The position numbers were made by a program, and so were the translations under genes. The notes beneath the pieces are model-generated. The model saw only the letters and a list, made by a program, of their open reading frames with translations, was not told the DNA's origin and did no database searches. Positions 52,701 to 64,000 of a DNA stretch of 64,000 nucleotides are shown one piece after another (the stretch's first letter is position 1; each line of letters opens with the position of its first letter). Origin of the DNA: Macrostomum lignano (taxonomy: Eukaryota); NCBI GenBank assembly GCA_002269645.1, contig NIVC01001410.1:62001-126000 (forward strand), written 5' to 3'.

Positions 52701-55700
52701 GAAGAGGACTCAGTGAGGGATGAAGAGGACTCAGTGAGTGGATGAAGGTGACTCAGTGGGGGATGAAGGTGACTCAGGGAGTTGATCAAGGTGACTCAGT
52801 GAGGGATGAAGAGGACTCAGTGAGTAGATGAAGAGGACTCAGTGAGGGATGAAGAGGACTCAGTGAGTAGATGAAGAGGACTCAGTGAGGGATGAAGAGG
52901 ACTCAGTGAGGGATGAAGATGACTCAGTGAGTGGATGAAGGTGACTCAGTGGGGGATGAAGGTGACTCAGGGAGTTGATCAAGGTGACTCAGTGAGGGAT
53001 GAAGAGGACTCGGTGAGTAGATGAAGAGGACTCAGTGAGTAGATGAAGAGGACTCAGTGAGGGATGAAGAGGACTCAGTGAGTAGATGAAGAGGACTCAG
53101 TGAGGGATGAAGAGGACTCAGTGAGGGATGAAGAGGACTCAGTGAGTGGATGAAGGTGACTCAGTGGGGGATGAAGGTGACTCAGGGAGTTGATCAAGGT
53201 GACTCAGTGGGGGATGAAGAGGACTCAGTGAGTAGATGAAGAGGACTCAGTGAGGGATGAAGAGGACTCAGTGAGTAGATGAAGAGGACTCAGTGAGGGA
53301 TGAAGAGGACTCAGTGAGGGATGAAGAGGACTCAGTGAGTGGATGAAGGTGACTCAGTGGGGGATGAAGGTGACTCAGGGAGTTGATCAAGGTGACTCAG
53401 TGGGGGATGAAGAGGACTCAGTGAGTAGATGAAGAGGACTCAGTGAGGGATGAAGAGGACTCAGTGAGTAGATGAAGAGGACTCAGTGAGGGATGAAGAG
53501 GACTCAGTGAGAGATGAAGAGGACTCAGTGAGTGGATGAAGGTGACTCAGTGGGGGATGAAGGTGACTCAGGGAGTTGATCAAGGTGACTCAGTGAGTGG
53601 ATGAAAGTGACTCAGTGAGTGGTGAGAGGGGCTCATAGACTGGAGCTTCACAGAAAGGAAGCAGACTGAAGACTGTCTTCTCTAACTGCATTCTATATAA
53701 TACGCCAGAAAACCAAACAAGGTAAGAACAACACGCATGCAGTGAGCAGGCAGCAGTGACGACAGCAAATGTACTTAGCGGTTAAAGCGACAAACTGAAG
53801 GGTAAGGCAAACATTTGAAAGGAATTAAACTAGCTTAAGGACACAGTCTAGCTAGAATAAGTGAAAACTAATAGCACTACAAATCTAGTGTTAAAAAAGT
53901 TTCAAGAGCCGGTGCTAACAAATAATTATTCTCACCTGAGACTCCGCCTCAGTGGGAGTCTGATGGGACAAAACCATAAAATTATCGAGAGATAAAATAA
54001 TAGTTGGGAAGTCAATAGCCATATCTGGATTATTTCAAATGCAAGCAATAAAGCAAGAGTTCTGAACTCACGTATTTAGCGGCCTGGTCCTGCCACACCA
54101 CCAGCCTATTGCTGACCTCGTGCAGGCTGAGCATGGACTCAAGAAAGTACAAATTGTTGATGCGGCCGCTCGCATTCAGCAGGTGAAACAGGATTTCCGT
54201 CTCGTCTCTTGGTTGAAGGGACGCGAGGGTTTGGATTGAAATCCCAAATCTTAATTATGATCACGTGACCTAAATCTGAATCCCACAGTCCTTCAGAAAC
54301 TGAATCCCACAGTCCTTCAGAAACTGAATCCCACAGTCCTTCAGAAACTGAATCCCACAGTCCTTCAGAAACTGAATCCCACAGTCCTTCAGAAACTGAA
54401 TCCCACAGTCCTTCAGAAACTGAATCCCACAGTCCTTCAGAAACTGAATCCCACAGTCCTTCAGAAACTGAATCCCACAGTCCTTCAGAAACTGAATCCC
54501 ACAGTCCTTCAGAAACTGAATCCCATAGTCCTTCAGAATCTGAATCCCATAGTCCTTCAGAAACTGAATCCCACAGTCCTTCAGAAACTGAATCCCATAG
54601 TCCTTCAGAAACTGAATCCCACAGTCCTTCAGAATCTGAATCTCATAGTCCTTCAGAATCTGAATCCCATAGTCCTTCAGAAACTGAATCCCATAGTCCT
54701 TCAGAAACTGAATCCCACAGTCCTTCAGAATCTGAATCTCATAGTCCTTCAGAATCTGAATCCCATAGTCCTTCAGAATCTGAATCTCATAGTCCTTCAG
54801 AATCTGAATCCAACAGTCCCGAATCTGAATCCCACAGTCCCGAATCTGAATCCCACAGTCCCGAATCTGAATTCCACAGTCCCGAATCTGAATCCCACAG
54901 TCCCGAATCTGAATCCCAGTCTCGAATCTGAATCCCACAGTCCCGAATCTGAATCCCACAGTCCCGAATCTGAATCCCACAGTCTTGAATCTGAATCTCA
55001 CAGTCCCGAATCTGAATCCCAGTCTCGAATCTGAATCCCACAGTCCCGAATCTGAATCCCACAGTCCCGAATCTGAATCCCACAGTCCCGAATCTGAATC
55101 CCACAGTCTTGAATCTGAATCCCATAGTCCCGAATCTGAATCCCCTAGTCTTCTCGAATCTGAATCCCCTAGTCTCAAATCTGAATCCCCTAGTCCCGAA
55201 TCTGAATCCCCTAGTCCCGAATCCCATGTCCCGAATCTGAATCCCAGAGTCCCGAATCTGAATCCCAGAGTCCCGAATCTGAATCCCACAGACCCGAATC
55301 TGAATATCATAGTTCCGAATGTAGATCCCACAGTCCCAGGTGCAGATCCCAAGTTTCATACTCTTAACCCACAATACTAGCAACAAACATAAGCAATTAA
55401 AAATATCCTCCACGGGGGGATCTCGCGCACTCACTCAAAACAGGTGGAAATTCCCGCCAGCTTGGGGTGGTGAAATTTCCCCCGATACCGCTGCATCAGG
55501 CATTCGACATCGCGTATAACAAAGTCGCGGGATTTCAATTGCAGCTGGTGTGGCGCCTGCTGGGCGGCTTGCGATTGCTGCTGCTGGTTCGGCGCCAAGG
55601 ACTGCGAAGCCAGAGCTGCGTAGACGTCCATGAGATCCAAGCGGGCCTGAACGAACTCCACAAGTTGGTCGCTGACGTGGCTGACCAGCTTGGCCGAGGA

Positions 55701-56700
55701 GGCCCGAGAGACTCGCTGCAGCTCGGCGGACAGGCACCGGTAGGACTCGCGAAGGTTCTCCTTGCGAACGGTGAAGATCGGCGCCCGGGACTGCAGGTAG
55801 GAGAGGCTGTAGTAGGACTTCTCGTGTGAGCACAGCTCCGAGCAGGCGTTAAGGAAGGCGCGCCAGTTCGGCGACAGCACGGATTTGTTTTGGTCCAGCT
55901 CTTTGTCCTGCGGGTCAGTGAGTCAGTGAGTGAGTGAGTGAGTGAGTGAATGAGTGAGTGAGTGAGTGAGTGAGTGAGTGAGTGAATGAGTCAGTGAGTG
56001 AGTGAGTGAGTCAGACAGTCAGTCAGTGAGTCAGTCGGTGAGTCAGTGAGTCAGTGAGTGAGTGAGTGAATGAGTCAGTGAGTGAGTGAGTGAGTGAGTG
56101 AGTGAATCAGTCAGTGAGTGAGTGAGTGAGTGAGTGAGTGAGTGAATCAGTCAGTGAGTGAGTGAGTGAGTGAGTGAGTGAGTGAGTGAGTGAGTCAATC
56201 AGTCAGTCAGTGAACCAGTGAACCAGTGAGTCAGTGAGCCAGTGAGTCAGACAGTGAGTCAATTCAGAGTCAGTCAGTGAGTCAGTGAGTCAGTCGGTGA
56301 GTCAGTCAGTGTCAGTGAATGAGCGAGTCAGTGAGTCAGACAGTCAGTCAGTGAGTCAGTGTGTGAGTCAGCGAGTCAGTCGGTGAGTCAGTCAGTGAGT
56401 CATTGAGTTCGGTACAATTTTTTATGCATTTCTATTAAGTCTACATCTATATGTCTACAGTCTCTTCATCCCACAACAATGTCCTTCCTAGGCTAATTTC
56501 TCTTTGCTAAATGGGGGTTTTATGCCAACTTGAGGCTTTAGACTACAGCAAAGACCAGGTGTCCCTGGTCATCTGAGCCAGACTGCTGGACTTACAATGA
56601 TCTCCTTTGCTTTGTCAAAATGAAGAAATCGCAATGCTTCACTGAAAGAGTCCAAACTGGACCTTTCCACAAACTTTAAGTTGCCAGAGCCAAATTCTGC
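47964..56700 (-). CDS. KICS2: KICSTOR complex subunit 2 (C12orf66 ortholog), about 490 aa; start-codon exon not located
   Basis: Minus-strand exons 56700-56596, 55907-55435, 54207-54072, 53959-53936, 50494-50480, 49356 (or 49383)-48901 and 48227-47964; phases join. Matches to human C12orf66 as recalled: [110 protein letters not shown]...[11 protein letters not shown]. Confidence 0.92.
48365..48832. repeat. 21-nt minisatellite aagttatcccaactcaattca, last KICS2 intron
   Basis: Read directly. Confidence 0.9.
49445..50045. repeat. GTCT/cttagtgtc-derived repeats, KICS2 intron
   Basis: Read directly. Confidence 0.9.
50800..51898. repeat. About 27-nt minisatellite cagcatccttcatcattcaatctgccc with block duplications, KICS2 intron
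   Basis: The same variant series recurs at offsets of 271 and 352 bp. Confidence 0.9.
52315..53625. repeat. 21-22-nt monomers organised as a 193-bp higher-order repeat, KICS2 intron
   Basis: The marker gagttgatcaa recurs at about 52591, 52784, 52977, 53192, 53385 and 53578. Confidence 0.92.
54275..55335. repeat. Minisatellite grading from 24-nt (aaactgaatcccacagtccttcag) to about 22-nt (aatctgaatcccacagtcccg), KICS2 intron
   Basis: Read directly. Confidence 0.93.
55915..56405. repeat. (GAGT)n/(GTCA)n microsatellite abutting a KICS2 acceptor
   Basis: Read directly. Confidence 0.9.
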
Positions 56701-59294
56701 CTATAAGAAAATTTAATGCGGCAGGTTAATTGCATGTACTGCAAGTTTGGGATTTCTTCTAGTAGGCTTTATGCAAGCAAGATTACTAAAGGGAGCTAAA
56801 AAAACAAAAAGAATATAAGGCTAGTTGTATAGATGATCAAAACTAATTTTTTATTATCTAAGCTTTTGTTTTTTTACTAAATAACAAAGTCTGCACAATT
56901 TGTGCATGTCAAATATTTGATATTATAGTAAAGGGCTCTAATGTCATAAAAATGATAATAATTTTAAAGTAAGCTTTTTGGTACCTAGTGCCATAATGGC
57001 TTTTCAAATATTTTATAAGCATTTAATTTCTAAGTAATATTGATTTTTTCTAGACTACATTATTAAAAATTTTTTCTTATTAAATTTCCAAGTTTATAGT
57101 TTATTTGTTAATTTAAAAATTCCAAATAGGTTAAGCTTTTAAAGTTAGTTACTTATAATAATTAAATAGCTTTAAGTAGGGATAATTATTATTTAAATAT
57201 TTTAGATAAAAAACTAGGCCTAATAATAGTAATATAATTGATAACTAAAGTATAAATGAAAAGTCACTGACACTAATAGGCCTAGCAACTAAAAATATAT
57301 TGTATATTGTATTTAGAATGCAAGTATTTTTGGCCAATCAGTTTTTACCAATGTTCAACCTATGTTAAAATTTGCATAGGCCTAGCCAATGTATATAACA
57401 AACTAAGTAAATAAAATAGTATGATTCTGCATGATCTATATGATGACTTATCTACTTTCATCCATTGGTTAGCTATCTATTCTGCTTATTGTCCAATATG
57501 CAACTATCCTACTCCTGTTATTTACATTTTAATGTCAGTAAAAACTGATTAGCTAAAGTTATATGTTGTTTTAATATTCATAAATATGAGCTAATCATTA
57601 GAAATATAAAACTTCAATAGTATCTAGCTAATAAAGATACAATATGACAATTTAGCATCTTAGCCTAAAAAAGGCCCTAAGACTTAAGGTCAAAATTTAG
57701 GGTGTTGAAATTAAATTTGATAGGGCTTTTGTTATATGGGGACATAAATATCACAAAAAACTAACTAACCCAGTAACAATACTGCCTATAGTAGGCCAAA
57801 TAAATATGACTATGGGCCTATGGCCATGGGTGACTAGGGCCTGGCTGGCCTACTAGTGGCTAGTATCCATATAAACACTACAGAAACAAAAAGTCGCATC
57901 TGATTTAAGCTGATCAAAAAAGCATTTTCTGACTGGTCTTCTGGGCATACATACTATTCAGTAATTCACATAATGCACTTAAACTGTCACAGCACAGTTC
58001 ATCACGATATTCAGAACGAATGGCTAGAAATGCTTAATCGTACTTAAATGGCTTTCAAAATCACAACAGACTATAAACAGCTGAAGATTTTGAAGACTAG
58101 GCTTACTGGCCTATGCAAGTTCAACATGACGAACGAACTGCATGCATATATTTAAAACCAAGGACGTACTACTTAAGTCGTCCTTGTTAAAACTCGTTTA
58201 CTGATCCCGTGTCAACTTGGCGCCAAATGCTTTTCATAGACATTAACAAATATGTTGCCGAAGCAAAGGCCGTGAGGACTAAATTTGGTGACAATTAAAA
58301 ACTTATTACAATCTACACTGCAGCAGTCTGAGTTGTACATTATATTATACATTATACATTGTACACTGTTATGCTGTGACGGGTTTGTTTTACCCGAGTT
58401 GCTAAAATATGGTTCAACAAAAATTTAGACACTGATGCTTGAAATAGTAACTTGCATAATTTTTATCTGGTTGACTCTAATTTTTATGCCAACATACTAA
58501 GAAAAATAGGTTTTGTTATACTGTTTGACTTTTCAACTTTATTTTATATTTATTGTGAATCGTTTATAATACCTTCGTAGTCGGCGTGTGCTCTCTCTGC
58601 AAAATAGCTGCTATTGGCCAATTAAATTATCGTCAAATAAACCGCCTTTGTTAAACAATAACTTTATAGCCCTTCTGTCGAGACGCTGCTCGACAAAAGC
58701 AGCGTCTGGGGCGGATTGTATATGCTTGAATCGTGTTACTAATGAAGTTTACTCTAATCGCCTTCACGACGTATAACAAACTGAATTTACATCGAAACGT
58801 ATATTAGCATAGGATATAACCGGTGATTGACAGCAGTGCACGTGTAGTTCATCTGTACTCGAGCTCGTCTACAAGCACGTCACAATGCATAACATGTATG
58901 TACCACCGATACTGCAAGCACCGATACGGGCGATCAATCGGATAAAAGAATAAAAATAGACATATTATGTGCATATGTACATGTACTCGAGCTTAAAATA
59001 TTACGAGCTATTTATGTGTATAAAAAGACCCGTAGAGCCACCGCAAAGCGAAAACATGTGTGGCACGTCTATGGGGCATGGCAGATAGTCCCAGAATAGC
59101 TTAACCCACTGAGTTTCCGAGTATACAGTTAAGAAGTAAATATATACCGACGTCGGGAACCAGAAGTAGCTTAATGAAATTTTTGAGCCGCTGTTGAATT
59201 AATACTGCAGGGCCCATATCGATCGATTAATTAACTTTTTCATCCGGCCCATGACAGTTCGAGGTTGATCAAGCTCTCCTTTGGTGCTTTCGAG

Positions 59295-61992
59295 ATGCGC
59301 AATCCGGCTGCTGTCCTGCTGATCGTCAGTGTCCTGGCTGGGTCTTTGTGCTTAGCCAGCTCTGATGAAGCCAACCGTACCGAGTTCTATAGTGAGTATA
59401 TTTAGTGAGAACTATACACACATATTTTGCAGCGCACGAAAATGTTGATTGAGTTTTGTCAATAACTACAACGATGACAGGTCCCATCTATCGTACTGTA
59501 GGCCCTACACACTGATCGAATAGTGACTACACAATCGTGCTGTACAATGTACATGCAAATCGAAAACCTTTGCGAACATCATATGTAGCAACAATATTCT
59601 CATGATAATAATGCATTCTTTTATTTTGAGCTGAATGCAACTGACTCAGTCTTGGGGTGGTTTTGTATGCATCACGTAGGCGATCCAAGAGTTATGTGTA
59701 AGATTTTTATTGTCAATTGACTCATGGAATTTAATTTCTATACGCTTCCTATAATTGCAGCAGAAGCCGATAGCTGTGGCGAAATAGTGGCTACACGAAC
59801 TGGTGGCTATCTAACCTCTCACAAATATTTTTACCGCTGCACCTACCCGATCGACCTCAAATGCACCTGGAAGCTGGTCAGCGTCCCAGAGGTCAACGAC
59901 ACTCGATTGGACTTCAGTTTCGACGCTTACGAGATGCCGAGAGAAAATCAACCGTGCAAAAACATCTACCTGAGGTTCCATGATGGACACCGCCCGACTG
60001 GGAAAGTGAGGACAGCAGGACAAGGGGTTGTCCACCTCGAAAGAGTAGGGGTTGTTCACTCTAAAACAGTGATGCGAGAATCCCAATTTAAGACAGTGTG
60101 GATGTCGTTTTAACATATTTTAACTAGCTTATTGAACTTCAGAGCAACGCAGTTACTCCCTTTAAACTGAGCAGGTCATCAAGGCTCTGTGCGAAGGGCG
60201 CAAGATTCCTAAGCCGTTTCGGTCATTCAGCAACAAGGTGCTCGTGGAATTCAATAGCGGACGGTTCAGCGCCAGAGGCTTCTTATTAAAATGGCAGCGC
60301 GTTCGTAAGTTGTTGCAGATTCGTATCTGCTTTGTAGCAGAGGGTCCGTGTCATTTGTTGCAGATTCGTCTCTGCTTTGTAGCAGAGGGTCCGTGTCATT
60401 TGTTGCAGATTCGTCTCTGCTTTGTAGCAGAGGGTCCGTGTCATTTGTTGCAGATTCGTCTCTGCTTTGTAGCAGAGGGTCCGTGTCATTTGTTGCAGAT
60501 TCGTCTCTGCTTTGTAGCAGAGGGTCCGTGTCATTTGTTGCAGATTCGTCTCTGCTTTGTAGCAGAGGGTCCGTGTCATTTGTTGCAGATTCGTCTCTGC
60601 TTTGTAGCAGAGGGTCCGTGTCATTTGTTGCAGATTCGTCTCTGCTTTGTAGCAGAGGGTCCGTGTCATTTGTTGCAGATTCGTCTCTGCTTTGTAGCAG
60701 AGGGTCCGTGTCATTTGTTGCAGATTCGTCTCTGCTTTGTAGCAGAGGGTCCGTGTCATTTGTTGCAGATTCGTCTCTGCTTTGTAGCAGAGGGTCCGTG
60801 TCATTTGTTGCAGATTCGTCTCTGCTTTGTAGCAGAGGGTCCGTGTCATTTGTTGCAGATTCGTCTCTGCTTTGTATCAGAGGGTCCGTAAGGTGTTGCA
60901 GATTCGTCTCTGCTTTGTAGCAGAGGGTCCGTAAGGTGTTGCAGATTCGTCTCTGCTTTGTAGCAGAGGGTCCGTAAGGTGTTGCAGATTCATCTCTGCT
61001 TTGTAGCAGAGGGTCCGTAAGGTGTTGCAGATTCGTCTCTGCTTTGTAGCAGAGGGTCCGTGTAAGTTGTTGCAGATTCGTCTCTGCTTTGTAGCAGAGG
61101 GTCCGTGTAAGTTGTTGCAGATTCATCTCTGCTTTGTAGCAGAGGGTCCGTGTAATTTGTTGCAGATTCGTCTCTGCTTTGTAGCAGAGGGTCCGTAAGG
61201 TGTTGCAGATTCGTCTCAGACCAGATGACTAAGATTGACCTCATTTTTGCACATAATCTTGCAGGAGACTGCCGAAAAGACGACTTCACGTGCAGCAACG
61301 GCGAATGCGTCCCCAAGGAGTCTCGCTGCGACGGCGGCAAAGGAGAGCACTTGCGAGACTGCTCTGACGGCTCCGATGAGATTAACTGTGAGCTGTGTGT
61401 TGATGAGTCGCATTGATCTGAAACTGTCTAAAAGACTTACTTTGCACCCCATTCACCGGAACTTCGTACCAGGCCCCATCCTGACGAGCTGCCCAGCGGG
61501 AAAGCTGCTCTGCGGTCACAAGCTCAAGTGCTACAAAGCGGAGCAAAAATGCGACGGGTCTAATAACTGCCGAGACGGCTCTGACGAGCAAGGCTGTGAG
61601 ATCCAGCATAAAAAGTTACCAGGTATAAAGCTACTACAAAATCTATTAATTAGTCATTTCTATCCATTGCTACTTACAAAATCGAGCAAAATTGTAAAAA
61701 AATGCCAGTGCATTGGAGTCATCGCGTTTGAGGATCAGCGCTAGTGTTTTGAGTTATATTGAGCATAGAAGTCGTCACTATGAGAGCCTTGGTGTCTGTC
61801 TATTCGCCTTAGCGTTCATCTGTCAGTCTATAAACATTATCCAAAGCATCACTACCTCAAATGGTTCATGAGCAGGCAAGAACCTTCAGGCCTGCAGCGA
61901 GGGCAAGACGCTGTGCGGGCACAGCTGCATCTCCACCACAAAGGTATGCGACGGAGTTTCCGACTGCAAGGACAACAGCGACGAGGTCAACT
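59295..61992 (+). CDS. Secreted or membrane CUB plus at least 3 LDLa-domain protein; 3' incomplete
   Basis: Exons 59295-59391 (signal peptide), 59761-60005 and 60175-60304 (CUB: SCG..GYLTS..YP..LKCTWKL..FSF...[14 protein letters not shown]), 61265-61387, 61473-61595 and 61876-61992 (LDLa: C..D.FTC.NGECV....CDG...DCSDGSDE..C). All LDLa introns are phase 1 inside the last Cys codon. Confidence 0.88.
60305..61218. repeat. 45-nt minisatellite (42-nt variants) starting at a 5' splice site
   Basis: Unit gttgcagattcgtctctgctttgtagcagagggtccgtgtcattt. Confidence 0.95.
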
Positions 61993-62049
61993 GTAAGAAG
62001 AGATTTGTTTCATAAAATATTTTCCAGTCTTTTTTATTGCGAGCAATTT

Positions 62050-64000
62050 CGCCCTTGGGGCACTTTCAATGTGGGATAGCGACTCCAGCTGGCGCCTTGG
62101 GGCACTTTCAATGTGGGATAGCGACTCCAGCTGGCGCCTTGGGGCACTTTCAATGTGGGATAGCGACTCCAGCTGGCGCCTTGGGGCACTTTCAATGTGG
62201 GATAGCGACTCCAGCTGGCGCCTTGGGGCACTTTCAATGTGGGATAGCGACTCCAGCTGGCGCCTTGGGGCACTTTCAATGTGGGATAGCGACTCCAGCT
62301 GGCGCCTTGGGGCACTTTCAATGTGGGATAGCGACTCCAGCTGGCGCCTTGGGGCACTTTCAATGTGGGATAGCGACTCCAGCTGGCGCCTTGGGGCACT
62401 TTCAATGTGGGATAGCGACTCCAGCTGGCGCCTTGGGGCACTTTCAATGTGGGATATAGCGACTCCAGCTGGCGCCTTGGGGCACTTTCAATGTGGGATA
62501 GCGACTCCAGCTGGCGCCTTGGGGCACTTTCAATGTGGGATAGCGACTCCAGCTGGCGCCTTGGGGCACTTTCAATGTGGGATAGCGACTCCAGCTGGCG
62601 CCTTGGGGCACTTTCAATGTGGGATATAGCGACTCCAGCTGGCGCCTTGGGGCACTTTCAATGTGGGATATAGCGACTCCAGCTGGCGCCTTGGGGCACT
62701 TTCAATGTGGGATATAGCGACTCCAGCTGGCGCCTTGGGGCACTTTCAATGTGGGATATAGCGACTCCAGCTGGCGCCTTGGGGCACTTTCAATGTGGGA
62801 TAGCGACTCCAGCTGGCGCCTTGGGGCACTTTCAATGTGGGATATAGCGACTCCAGCTGGCGCCTTGGGGCACTTTCAATGTGGGATAGCGACTCCAGCT
62901 GGCGCCTTGGGGCACTTTCAATGTGGGATAGCGACTCCAGCTGGCGCCTTGGGGCACTTTCAATGTGGGATAGCGACTCCAGCTGGCGCCTTGGGGCACT
63001 TTCAATGTGGGATAGCGACTCCAGCTGGCGCCTTGGGGCACTTTCAATGTGGGATAGCGACTCCAGCTGGCGCCTTGGGGCACTTTCAATGTGGGATAGC
63101 GACTCCAGCTGGCGCCTTGGGGCACTTTCAATGTGGGATAGCGACTCCAGCTGGCGCCTTGGGGCACTTTCAATGTGGGATAGCGACTCCAGCTGGCGCC
63201 TTGGGGCACTTTCAATGTGGGATAGCGACTCCAGCTGGCGCCTTGGGGCACTTTCAATGTGGGATAGCGACTCCAGCTGGCGCCTTGGGGCACTTTCAAT
63301 GTGGGATAGCGACTCCAGCTGGCGCCTTGGGGCACTTTCAATGTGGGATAGCGACTCCAGCTGGCGCCTTGGGGCACTTTCAATGTGGGATAGCGACTCC
63401 AGCTGGCGCCTTGGGGCACTTTCAATGTGGGATATAGCGACTCCAGCTGGCGCCTTGGGGCACTTTCAATGTGGGATATAGCGACTCCAGCTGGCGCCTT
63501 GGGGCACTTTCAATGTGGGATATAGCGACTCCAGCTGGCGCCTTGGGGCACTTTCAATGTGGGATAGCGACTCCAGCTGGCGCCTTGGGGCACTTTCAAT
63601 GTGGGATAGCGACTCCAGCTGGCGCCTTGGGGCACTTTCAATGTGGGATAGCGACTCCAGCTGGCGCCTTGGGGCACTTTCAATGTGGGATAGCGACTCC
63701 AGCTGGCGCCTTGGGGCACTTTCAATGTGGGATAGCGACTCCAGCTGGCGCCTTGGGGCACTTTCAATGTGGGATATAGCGACTCCAGCTGGCGCCTTGG
63801 GGCACTTTCAATGTGGGATAGCGACTCCAGCTGGCGCCTTGGGGCACTTTCAATGTGGGATAGCGACTCCAGCTGGCGCCTTGGGGCACTTTCAATGTGG
63901 GATATAGCGACTCCAGCTGGCGCCTTGGGGCACTTTCAATGTGGGATATAGCGACTCCAGCTGGCGCCTTGGGGCACTTTCAATGTGGGATATAGCGACT
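62050..64000. repeat. 42-nt minisatellite (44-nt variants) ggcgccttggggcactttcaatgtgggatagcgactccagct, running off the window
   Basis: Near-perfect units; the only common variant is a 2-nt insertion (gatatagc). Confidence 0.97.

Noticed and set aside
62050-64000. CRISPR-like regular repeats (also 60305-61218 and 16078-17040)
   Set aside because: Units are head-to-tail with no unique spacers, there are no cas genes, and the context is eukaryotic introns.

Overview
Eukaryotic (animal) genomic DNA with GT-AG introns and very dense intronic mini- and microsatellites. The overall style resembles a free-living flatworm such as Macrostomum (inference only). Seven genes, plus one uncertain fragment at the left edge, were reconstructed by hand with phase-consistent exons: a cytosolic sulfotransferase (+), an intronless divergent SLC15/POT-like transporter (-), 4E-BP (-), two tandem GT32/SUR1-like DXD glycosyltransferases (+), an 11-exon mGluR-like class C GPCR (-), KICS2/C12orf66 (-) and, running off the right edge, a signal peptide-CUB-LDLa gene (+). 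Mobile elements are a decayed LOA/R1-like LINE, a decayed mariner, a tRNA-derived SINE-like element and two inverted copies of an RTE-like LINE. Best leads: (1) in two unrelated genes the C-terminal functional motif plus stop codon (4E-BP FEMDI*, GPCR TTTV*) is itself the unit of a tandem array; (2) the mGluR-like receptor lacks both basic residues that bind the distal carboxylate of glutamate; (3) two sharply bounded CpG-free, C-to-T-scarred domains; (4) a 275-bp conversion tract between the glycosyltransferase paralogs; (5) micro-exons in KICS2; (6) a possible LINE/pre-mRNA template-switch chimera.
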